Below, piece after piece: positions 1 to 8,365 of a stretch of DNA of 64,000 bases; position 1 is the stretch's first letter; each line of letters starts with the position of its first letter. The translations under genes and the position numbers were made by a program. The DNA comes from an uncultured Chlamydiae bacterium (lineage in GTDB: Bacteria; Chlamydiota; Chlamydiia; Chlamydiales; 2-12-FULL-49-11), in the NCBI GenBank assembly GCA_937996705.1, contig CALKUQ010000041.1, forward strand, positions 26,125 through 90,124, given 5' to 3'. Below the pieces are notes generated by a model, which did no database searches, was not told the origin of the DNA, and worked only from the letters and a program-made list of their open reading frames with translations.

Positions 1-109
1 AATTAACTCTCACCCTAGCGAGATTATCATCAATAACTTAGCCGCAATTCATATTAGCTATAATGAGGGAATCTGGAAATTAGAAGATACAACAGGATGT
101 AAATTTTGA
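1..109 (+). CDS. 3' end of an unidentified CDS entering from upstream of the window
   Basis: Frame 2 is open from nt 2 to TGA at 107-109 (...NEGIWKLEDTTGCKF*). The stop overlaps the TTG start of the next ORF as TTGA, a typical coupled junction. No motif recognised. Confidence 0.3.
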   Translation, partial: INSHPSEIIINNLAAIHISYNEGIWKLEDTTGCKF

Positions 110-693
110 AAGCCCTTATTTTTAGCCTACTCATTATGCAAGCACATGCAACTACCTTTTTACTTGTTCGTCACGGCGAGACCGATTGGAACAGAGATAA
201 AATTTGGCAAGGTGATAGCGACCTCCCTCTAAATGAGACCGGCAAGTCCCAGATTATTGAATTAGCTAACGCTCTTAAAGATGTTCCCTTTGATCACTGC
301 ATCACTTCTAGTTACAAACGGGCAAAAGAGACGGCCTCAATTTTAACAAAGCTTGATCCTAAGATAGATCCAAGACTTCGAGAGAGGGGTTCTAGAAATT
401 TTGAGGGGGTCTTAATTGGCACTCACGGAAACGAGGTAAAAAAAGAGTATGAAGATTCCGCATTAGTAAGTGAGAGGGTCTTTGCCGCTCTTGACGAAGC
501 TGCAACAGCTTATCCAGATACAAAGATTCTTGTAACTACCCATGGAGGGATCATCAAGCAAACCCTCGTCGATATTCTAAATCTCGATTGTCCTGTCAAA
601 GAGATTAAAGTACCCAACGCAAGCGCCATTCAAATCAGCCACAAAAATGGCAAATGGCAGGTAGATCATCTTTACGGTGTCACCCTACCTTAA
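106..693 (+). CDS. Histidine phosphatase superfamily (phosphoglycerate-mutase-like) protein, possibly exported
   Basis: Catalytic RHG motif LLVRHGETDWN follows a short hydrophobic N-terminus (MKALIFSLLIMQAHA). Second His in VTTHGGII. TTG start at 106; alternative ATG at 136. Confidence 0.8.
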   Translation: MKALIFSLLIMQAHATTFLLVRHGETDWNRDKIWQGDSDLPLNETGKSQIIELANALKDVPFDHCITSSYKRAKETASILTKLDPKIDPRLRERGSRNFEGVLIGTHGNEVKKEYEDSALVSERVFAALDEAATAYPDTKILVTTHGGIIKQTLVDILNLDCPVKEIKVPNASAIQISHKNGKWQVDHLYGVTLP

Positions 694-749
694 GTGCACC
701 CAAACCCTTACCCTGCATATAGCAGTTCCAATTGAATCTTACCCATCTT

Positions 750-2519
750 TCATTTGGAAGCGCTATACTTACAACTTGAGAGCATTTCTTGGGCTGTGGG
801 GCTACCCCCTTTGAAGACAAGTCCAAGGGTCGGCTCGAGACGAATTTCAGAGCCTTCTTTAAGAAGAGTGGTGGCAGCATCAGCGCGCGCGATGTAGGGA
901 ATGTTGTGAAGTTCGAAGAGTTTCTCAAGGTGGGTCTCAGAGTGTTTATCGAGAGGGTGATTTTGAAGAATGATCGCTTTGGCTCTAGCAAAAAGGGGAA
1001 GTTGACTCTCTTGGATTTTAGTTGTGACAACGATTTTACCTGCAAGCTCTTTTTCTTCCGCAGGAAAGAAGATAGTCACTTCACCAACGATAGGTGCAAC
1101 ATTCAATTTGAATTTTTCTCCACGAACAAGGACTTTACCTATGCTTTCCACAAAAAGTGTATTTGTAGTAAAACTGATTCCATACGGTTTGCCCATGGTA
1201 ACAACGACAAGGTCCCCATAATTGACCCATCCGTGTTTCAGAGCGTGGCAAGCAAGATCATCAAATCCTTTTTCGATATCTGTATGTTTTTCAAGATAGC
1301 CTTCTGCGCCCCACATTACAGAAGTTTGATAGTAGGTAAGAAGGGATGGGGTCACTGCAATAATCCTGGCTTTAGGTCGGTAACAACAAATGCGGCGTAT
1401 TGTACTGCCACTATTGGAGCAGGCGATAATTGCGCTCGCTTTAATATTATAACAGGTATTCACAGCAGCTCTTGCAACACCAGAGGGCACATCGTAGAGT
1501 TCCACCTCCATCTTTTTATGAAAAAATCCTTGATAATCAAAATCTCTCTCCGCTTCGCTCGCAATTTCATGCATCATTTTGACAGCTTGAACCGGGTATG
1601 CTCCCATAGCAGTCTCCCCAGAAAGCATAACAGCCGAAGCTGCATCGTAAATTGCATTAGCAACGTCTGAGGCTTCAGCGCGTGTCGGCATAGGATTTTT
1701 AATCATAGACTCAAGCATTTGAGTTGCAATAATAACTGGTTTTGCTCGGAGATTACACTCTCGAATCATCTTTTTCTGGAGCGGGGGTAAATGGGTGACA
1801 GAGATCTCTATCCCTAAGTCCCCTCTTGCCACCATAATTCCATCTGCAACTTGAACGATTTCCTCAAAATTTTTAACTCCCTCTCGATTTTCAATTTTTG
1901 CAATCACAAGAAGGTGAGGCGCTTTTTCTTTTGTTATAAGCTCTTTAATTGCAATAACCTGTTTTGCGCTCCTGATAAAGGAGGCGGCGATCATATCGAC
2001 ACCCTCTTTACATCCAAACCGAATGTCCTCGATATCCTTTTCAGTAAGATCAGGTAAATCAAAAATTTGTTCGGGAATATTTACCCCTTTATTCTGTTGC
2101 AAAACTCCCCTATTCAAAATTTCTACTTCGGCATACCCCTCTCCCTTTCCAACCACTTTCCCATGGACATACCCATCATCAAAGTAAATATTTACACCGA
2201 CTCTAACCTCGTCCACAATAAATGGGGGAAAAATGGGGATCTCCTCCCCTATCCGAATGATATCTTTGGGGGCCACTTCCCGCCTCTCAATCTTCCCGAT
2301 TCTTATCTCAGGCCCTTTAGTATCAAGGAGAATTCCTATAGGTTTCCCCAGCTCTTTTCTAACCTCTTTTAAGGTCTGAATTACCTTTCGATGCTCTTCA
2401 TAGCTCCCATGGCTAAAATTTAACCTAGCTACATTCATGCCATGTTCTACTAACTTAAGCATCATATCTTTAGAATTCGATGCCGGCCCAATTGTACAAA
2501 TAATTTTCGTCCTTCTCAT
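750..2519 (-). CDS. pyk: Pyruvate kinase with an extra C-terminal PEP-utilizer-like (swivel) domain
   Basis: MRRTKIICTIGPAS..., NFSHGS, MVARGDLGIE and ATQMLESM are classic PK motifs. At 589 aa it is about 100 aa longer than a minimal PK. Confidence 0.95.
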   Translation of the reverse strand: MRRTKIICTIGPASNSKDMMLKLVEHGMNVARLNFSHGSYEEHRKVIQTLKEVRKELGKPIGILLDTKGPEIRIGKIERREVAPKDIIRIGEEIPIFPPFIVDEVRVGVNIYFDDGYVHGKVVGKGEGYAEVEILNRGVLQQNKGVNIPEQIFDLPDLTEKDIEDIRFGCKEGVDMIAASFIRSAKQVIAIKELITKEKAPHLLVIAKIENREGVKNFEEIVQVADGIMVARGDLGIEISVTHLPPLQKKMIRECNLRAKPVIIATQMLESMIKNPMPTRAEASDVANAIYDAASAVMLSGETAMGAYPVQAVKMMHEIASEAERDFDYQGFFHKKMEVELYDVPSGVARAAVNTCYNIKASAIIACSNSGSTIRRICCYRPKARIIAVTPSLLTYYQTSVMWGAEGYLEKHTDIEKGFDDLACHALKHGWVNYGDLVVVTMGKPYGISFTTNTLFVESIGKVLVRGEKFKLNVAPIVGEVTIFFPAEEKELAGKIVVTTKIQESQLPLFARAKAIILQNHPLDKHSETHLEKLFELHNIPYIARADAATTLLKEGSEIRLEPTLGLVFKGGSPTAQEMLSSCKYSASK

Positions 2520-2636
2520 ACTTCTCAGACTACGTCACCCGCTCTATTTTCCACATCAAAATAAAATTACGGAGGCTCTTTGCCCATATAAATTTAAAGT
2601 TTTGCATAAAGTAAGAATGATTTATACTCCTCCCCT

Positions 2637-5600
2637 ATGATTGAGCTAAAAGGTGTCAAAGTCCACAATTTAAAGGACGTCTCCCTAAAACTAAAACAGG
2701 GAGAACTGATTGTATTCACGGGGGTTTCTGGATCGGGAAAATCCTCTTTAGCCTTTGACACAATTTACACAGAGGGACAAAGGCGCTACATAGACTCCCT
2801 CTCTGCCCATGCAAAACGGTACTTAGGAAATTTACCAAAGCCTGATGCCACCTCCCTTGAAGGGATTCCTCCAACGATTGCTATTGAACAAAAAACCTCT
2901 TCCAATAATCCTAGATCGACTGTGGGTACAGTTACAGCTATTTACGACTATCTACGAGTTTTATTTGCAAGGCTGGGTGAAGCTTATTGTCCGATTAGTG
3001 GTGAAAAGGTTGAGCCAATTTCAAAAGCGGAAATTGCTCGGGTAATTTTAGCAAAACCCAAAGATACCAAAGTAATTTTTTTATCCCCCGTCATTCGATC
3101 GAGCAAAGGGGAGCATAAAGAAGTTTTTATCGACCTCATGAAAAAGGGGTTTTTGAGAGTTCGGGTCGATAGAGAATTTTACCACCTATCCGAGACAATT
3201 CCCTCTTTAGACAAAAGTAAAGTTCACGACATCGAAGTTGTGATTGATCGACTGGAAATTAGCCAAGAGAGCCGAATTCTAGAGGCAATTCAGATGGGTC
3301 TTGAAGTTGGCAAAGGGCTCCTCTACACATCTGACCCTAATACCCAAGAAGATACGCTTTTCTCCGAATTTGGATTCAGCGAAAAATCGGGACAATACTA
3401 TAAACCGCTTGAACCAGAAGATTTTTCCTTCAATCATCCCAAAGGGATGTGCGAAGTGTGCAGCGGCCTTGGCTATATTCACGACTACGATTTAAACCTC
3501 ATTATTGACCCCGAAAAAAGCATCCGCGACGACTGCTGCCTTGTTGCAGGCTCCTGCAATACCGTAAAGTGGGGCAATATTTACGCCAATTTAGCCCAAC
3601 TCTATAAATTTAAGTTAGAGACTCCCTGGAAAAAACTTTCGGAAGAGGCGAAAAAAGTCTTTCTTTATGGAACAGAAGAAAAGTGGACGAAAATGTCTTT
3701 CACACACCCCGAGACAAAAGCGAAATGGGTCGATTATGTTGCCTGGCGTGGAGTTCTTTTTGAGGCAAAAAAACGGTACAATGAGGCCTCCTCAGACGTC
3801 TATCTAGAAAAAATGGGCGAGCTTATGCACAAAGCAACTTGCCACAAGTGCCTTGGAGCTAAAATTAAAGATTATCCAAGGCACGCTCAATTTAAGGGAA
3901 AAACGATTTTTGAAGTGACTGAAATGCCTGTTAAAGAATCTCTTAACTTTTTTCAAGGGATAACTCTTAGCCCGAAAGAGACTCTTATTGGAGCTGACCT
4001 CCTTCAAGAAGTTATAGGTCGTCTCACCTTCTTACACAACGTTGGCCTCGACTACTTAACCCTTTCCAGGTCGTCCCCCTCCCTCTCTGGTGGAGAGTCT
4101 CAAAGGGTTAGACTTGCCTCTCAAATCGGGTTTGGCCTTGTCAAAGTGGCCTATATTCTTGATGAACCCTCGATTGGACTCCATCCAAGAGACAATGAAA
4201 TGTTAATTAACACCCTCCTCCTTCTTCGAGATAAAGGGAATACAGTGATTGTGGTTGAGCATGATGAAGAGACAATCAGAGCCGCTGATACGATTGTGGA
4301 TGTGGGACCTCTTGCAGGGGTGCAAGGGGGGGAGATTCTTGTAAACGGATCACTAGAGGACCTTCTCCATTCACCTACCTCTATCACTGGAGCCTATCTT
4401 TCCGGAAGAGAAGAGATCGAAGTTACAAAAAAACGAAACATTTCAAAAGAGCATAAGATTACTATCACTGGGGCGGCCCACCACAATTTAAAAGGGATTG
4501 ATGTCACCATTCCTTTAGGGGTTTTTACAGCAATTACGGGGGTTTCAGGATCGGGAAAATCGTCCCTAATTACCGATATTCTCTTCCCTGCACTCTCTAA
4601 TAAAGCAAATCACTCAAAACTACCCATCGGCAAGCACACCTCAATTCAAGGTCTGGAAAAAATTGAAAAGGTAATTGCAATTGATCAATCTCCCATCGGC
4701 AGAACTCCTAGATCCAATCCAGCAACCTATGTAAAATTCTTCGATGACATTCGGAATCTATTTGCAGAACTTTCTGAAAGCAAAGCATTTGGATACACTG
4801 CAGGCCATTTTAGCTTCAATGTTCGAGAGGGCTCGTGCTACCAGTGCGGCGGGATGGGAATGGTCAAAATCGACATGGACTTTTTGGAAGATGAGTGGAT
4901 CACCTGTTCTAATTGCAAAGGTGAGCGATTTGACCAAAAAACATTGAGCATTCGGTATAAAGGAAAAAACATATTCGACGTCCTGGAAATGTCTATCGAT
5001 GAAGCCTCCGAATTTTTCTCCGAGATCCCCTCGATACACAAAAAATTAAGCCTCCTAAAACGGGTAGGCCTCGGCTACATTAAGCTCGGACAGTCGGCAA
5101 CCACCCTCTCTGGTGGAGAGGCGCAGCGGATTAAATTAGCAAAAGAGCTGATCCGCCCTCCCAAAGGTGAGACCATTTACATTCTCGATGAACCCACCAC
5201 TGGTCTTCACTTCCACGACATCCGAAAACTAATCCACATTTTGCAAGAGCTTGTTTCTGCTAAAAACACAGTTCTGGTCATCGAACACAATCTCGACTTA
5301 ATCAAATGCGCAGACTGGATCATTGAGCTAGGCCCTGAAGGGGGAGAAGGGGGTGGCTATCTTGTTGCCGAAGGGACTCCTGAAAAAATTTGTAAACTAA
5401 AAAGTGCAACCGGAGTTTTTTTAAAAAGACACCTGGAGAAAAAATTCCTTCAAATCTCTAACAGCAAGTCTAATAAACCACTGACTGAGATCACAATAAA
5501 AGGGGCTCATCAAAACAATCTGAAACAGGTCTCACTCACAATTCCTCACAACTCGATGTCTGTCTTTACAGGGCCATCTGGCTCCGGAAAAACAACCCTC

Positions 5601-8246
5601 GCCTTTGAGACTATCTACGCAGAGGGGCAAAGACGCTATATTGAAAGTTTATCGACCTACGCAAAGCGATTTGTTACCAAAATGCCTAAAGCGCAAGTCG
5701 AAGAAATTGAAGGACTCTCCCCTGCTATTGCGATCGAGCACCATGCACAAAATGTCAATCCAAGGAGCACCCTCGGAACCATCACAGAAATTTATGACTA
5801 CCTCCGAATTATTTATGCAAGGATGGGAATCCCCTATTGCCCTGAGAGTGGTGAAGAGATTAAACAAATTACACCCGAGCGAATTTTAAAAACACTTTTA
5901 ACCTATCCAGAAGGGACAAAATTTCAAGTTCTTGCGCAGATTTCCTTTTCTAAAAATGAAGAGTTTTCTAAAGTGCAAAGCTCTTGGCAAAAAAGTGGCT
6001 ATGTCAGAATCCGCCTCAACGGAGCCTACTTTGAATTAGAAGAGAGCATCGTCTACGACAAACAGCTTAAAAATAGACTCGAACTAGTCATTGATAGAAT
6101 TGTCTTAAAAAAGGGGATTGAAAAAAGGCTTCTTGATGCTATCACTGCAGCTGCAAACCTCTCAAAAAACCTTGTCACAATTGCCCTTGAAGAGAAAGAT
6201 CTTTTTTTCAATCTAGCATTTGCGGTAGAGCGAACAGGCAAATCTTACCCCTCAATTACCCACCACACCTTTTCGTTCAATTCTGCAGAGGGGATGTGTA
6301 ATGAATGTAGTGGACTTGGTTTTAAATGGGGCGGCTCCCTCTCCGATGACAAGAGCTTAATGAAGCAGACAATCACCGACATCTTATTTCGCCTTTTGAA
6401 AGAGTTTGGGACAGAAGAGGCCTTCAATCTCTTTGACTCCTATTTTAAAGAACTGAAAATTTCCATCGATACCCCCATAAAAGAGTTATCTGATCACGAG
6501 AAAACCCTCTTTTTTGAAGGGGCGACTGCAACTCACCAATCCTTAAGATGGATCGGATTGAACAAACTATTTGTCCAGCTTGCAAAAATGGGCAGGTCGC
6601 AAATTCGAGAAGAGGTGGCCCCCTTTCTCCAGAAGACTTTTTGCACCAGTTGCAATGGATCCAGACTTAATCCTCTTGCGAGAAATGTAAAAATTCAAGG
6701 CACTTCCCTTCCAGATCTTTGTGAAATGCCACTCGGCGATGCCCTCTCCTTTATCCAAACGATCGAGGGGGAACATGTCCTGAAAGAGGCTTTGAATGTT
6801 ACCAGATCAAGACTAGAACTGTTATGCAACATGGGACTCCACTACCTCTCGCTAGGAAGGGGCTCTGATACACTTTCTGGTGGTGAGGTGCAAAGGACAA
6901 GACTTGCAAAGCAACTAGGACTTGGTTTGACAGGGGTCCTTTATGTCCTTGACGAACCCACTGTGGGTCTCCACCCCCACAATAATCACCTCTTAAATAA
7001 AGCTCTTAAAGAGCTTCAAAAACTGAAAAACACCCTGATTTTAGTGGAGCATGATCCTCTTACAATTCGACAGGCCGATTATATCTACGACTTTGGCCCT
7101 GGGAGTGGAAATCTTGGAGGGGAAATTATTGCAAGGGGGAGCCCAAAAGAGCTGATGAAAAACCCAGACTCCCTCACAGGGCTCTATTTATCAGGGAAAA
7201 AGAGCGTTCCCCTCCCCAAAAAACGGCGAGAGCCTTCAAAATGGTTTGAAGTAAGTGGAGCTACCAAACACAACCTTATAAATGTTTCGATTAACTTTCC
7301 CAAGCAAGTACTCACTTGTGTAACCGGCGTTTCAGGATCGGGTAAATCGACACTGATGCACGACATTGTCATCCCTGGAATTCATCAAAACCTTCAAAAA
7401 AGGACACCCCAAGAGAGTTTTGTTTTTGAGGGGACCACCTTTAATGGAATGAAGGATTTTGACCGGCTTATTACTATTGATCAAGGGATGCAAAAAGTTA
7501 CAAGTAGATCAGACCTCCTCACCTATACAGATCTCCTAACAACGCTGAGAACATTTTTTGCCTCCCTCCCTGAAGCAAGGACAAAAGGACTGCAACCCAA
7601 GCATTTTAGCTATAACCACCCTAGTGGTATGTGCAAAAAATGCCGAGGTCTTGGTCACCAAATTATCGAGCTTGAATTTTTAGCCCCCGCAAAAATCGAA
7701 TGCGATAGCTGTCATGGGGCGCGACTAAATCCTATGAGTTTAAGTATTAGCTATAAAGGACTGAACTTTGGAAAACTCCTTAAACTCACAGTGGCTGGAG
7801 CAAAAGAGGCTCTCCCCGAAATTCCGAAAATTCATCGAATTTTAAACAGACTGGAGCTTGTAGGTCTCAGCTACCTCACGTTAGGACAAGAGACTCAAAC
7901 ACTTTCCACAGGAGAATTTGCAAGACTTCGACTCTCTTTTGAACTGGCAAAATCGACAAAAGATCACCCGATTTATATTTTTGATGAACCCACCTCCGGC
8001 CTCCACTTTGATGATATCGCCAAAATCATCCCCATCTTCCACTCCCTTGTCGCAAAAGGTGCTACAGTTATTATCATCGAACACAACCTAGACATTATAG
8101 CGAATGCAGACTACATCGTCGATCTTGGCCCCGATGCAGGGCAATTTGGGGGGAAAATCACAGCAGCAGCCCCTTTTGAAACCTTCCTTAAAACAAATAA
8201 TTCTTACACCGCCAAATACTTGCGCGAATACCTCAAAATAGAGTAA
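2637..8246 (+). CDS. uvrA: Excinuclease ABC subunit A, tandem-duplicated (two complete UvrA units in one polypeptide)
   Basis: 1869 aa. Four Walker A loops (GVSGSGKS x3, GPSGSGKT), four ABC signatures (LSGGESQR, LSGGEAQR, LSGGEVQR, LSTGEFAR) and multiple CxxC zinc modules. The second unit starts near nt 5481 (ITIKGAHQNNLKQVSL...). Confidence 0.95.
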   Translation: MIELKGVKVHNLKDVSLKLKQGELIVFTGVSGSGKSSLAFDTIYTEGQRRYIDSLSAHAKRYLGNLPKPDATSLEGIPPTIAIEQKTSSNNPRSTVGTVTAIYDYLRVLFARLGEAYCPISGEKVEPISKAEIARVILAKPKDTKVIFLSPVIRSSKGEHKEVFIDLMKKGFLRVRVDREFYHLSETIPSLDKSKVHDIEVVIDRLEISQESRILEAIQMGLEVGKGLLYTSDPNTQEDTLFSEFGFSEKSGQYYKPLEPEDFSFNHPKGMCEVCSGLGYIHDYDLNLIIDPEKSIRDDCCLVAGSCNTVKWGNIYANLAQLYKFKLETPWKKLSEEAKKVFLYGTEEKWTKMSFTHPETKAKWVDYVAWRGVLFEAKKRYNEASSDVYLEKMGELMHKATCHKCLGAKIKDYPRHAQFKGKTIFEVTEMPVKESLNFFQGITLSPKETLIGADLLQEVIGRLTFLHNVGLDYLTLSRSSPSLSGGESQRVRLASQIGFGLVKVAYILDEPSIGLHPRDNEMLINTLLLLRDKGNTVIVVEHDEETIRAADTIVDVGPLAGVQGGEILVNGSLEDLLHSPTSITGAYLSGREEIEVTKKRNISKEHKITITGAAHHNLKGIDVTIPLGVFTAITGVSGSGKSSLITDILFPALSNKANHSKLPIGKHTSIQGLEKIEKVIAIDQSPIGRTPRSNPATYVKFFDDIRNLFAELSESKAFGYTAGHFSFNVREGSCYQCGGMGMVKIDMDFLEDEWITCSNCKGERFDQKTLSIRYKGKNIFDVLEMSIDEASEFFSEIPSIHKKLSLLKRVGLGYIKLGQSATTLSGGEAQRIKLAKELIRPPKGETIYILDEPTTGLHFHDIRKLIHILQELVSAKNTVLVIEHNLDLIKCADWIIELGPEGGEGGGYLVAEGTPEKICKLKSATGVFLKRHLEKKFLQISNSKSNKPLTEITIKGAHQNNLKQVSLTIPHNSMSVFTGPSGSGKTTLAFETIYAEGQRRYIESLSTYAKRFVTKMPKAQVEEIEGLSPAIAIEHHAQNVNPRSTLGTITEIYDYLRIIYARMGIPYCPESGEEIKQITPERILKTLLTYPEGTKFQVLAQISFSKNEEFSKVQSSWQKSGYVRIRLNGAYFELEESIVYDKQLKNRLELVIDRIVLKKGIEKRLLDAITAAANLSKNLVTIALEEKDLFFNLAFAVERTGKSYPSITHHTFSFNSAEGMCNECSGLGFKWGGSLSDDKSLMKQTITDILFRLLKEFGTEEAFNLFDSYFKELKISIDTPIKELSDHEKTLFFEGATATHQSLRWIGLNKLFVQLAKMGRSQIREEVAPFLQKTFCTSCNGSRLNPLARNVKIQGTSLPDLCEMPLGDALSFIQTIEGEHVLKEALNVTRSRLELLCNMGLHYLSLGRGSDTLSGGEVQRTRLAKQLGLGLTGVLYVLDEPTVGLHPHNNHLLNKALKELQKLKNTLILVEHDPLTIRQADYIYDFGPGSGNLGGEIIARGSPKELMKNPDSLTGLYLSGKKSVPLPKKRREPSKWFEVSGATKHNLINVSINFPKQVLTCVTGVSGSGKSTLMHDIVIPGIHQNLQKRTPQESFVFEGTTFNGMKDFDRLITIDQGMQKVTSRSDLLTYTDLLTTLRTFFASLPEARTKGLQPKHFSYNHPSGMCKKCRGLGHQIIELEFLAPAKIECDSCHGARLNPMSLSISYKGLNFGKLLKLTVAGAKEALPEIPKIHRILNRLELVGLSYLTLGQETQTLSTGEFARLRLSFELAKSTKDHPIYIFDEPTSGLHFDDIAKIIPIFHSLVAKGATVIIIEHNLDIIANADYIVDLGPDAGQFGGKITAAAPFETFLKTNNSYTAKYLREYLKIE

Positions 8247-8258
8247 ACTCAACTCTTC

Positions 8259-8359
8259 TCGCTGGGGACCCCCGGGATAAAAATTGCCACGAACCAGGTC
8301 AGGACCGGAAGGTAGCAGCCTTAAGAGGCTAATTTTTGGCCCGGGTACGTCTCCAGCCC
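8259..8359 (+). ncRNA. ffs: Signal recognition particle RNA (small bacterial 4.5S type)
   Basis: Conserved domain IV core GAACCAGGTCAGGACCGGAAGGTAGCAGCC with a GGAA tetraloop. A long terminal helix pairs GCTGGGGAC...(5') with ...GTCTCCAGC (3'), and CCCGGGATAAAAATT with AATTTTTGGCCCGGG. A T-run follows. Ends are approximate (+/-5 nt). Confidence 0.88.
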
Positions 8360-8365
8360 TTTTTT

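Noticed and set aside
789-1670. 293-codon ORF on the + strand inside pyk
   Set aside because: It is antisense to a gene with unambiguous pyruvate kinase motifs. Its translation is low-complexity with no start context. It is most likely a codon-bias artefact.
2602-2628. TTGCAT ... TATACT promoter-like pair upstream of uvrA
   Set aside because: The spacer is only 15 nt, outside the usual 16-18 nt range.
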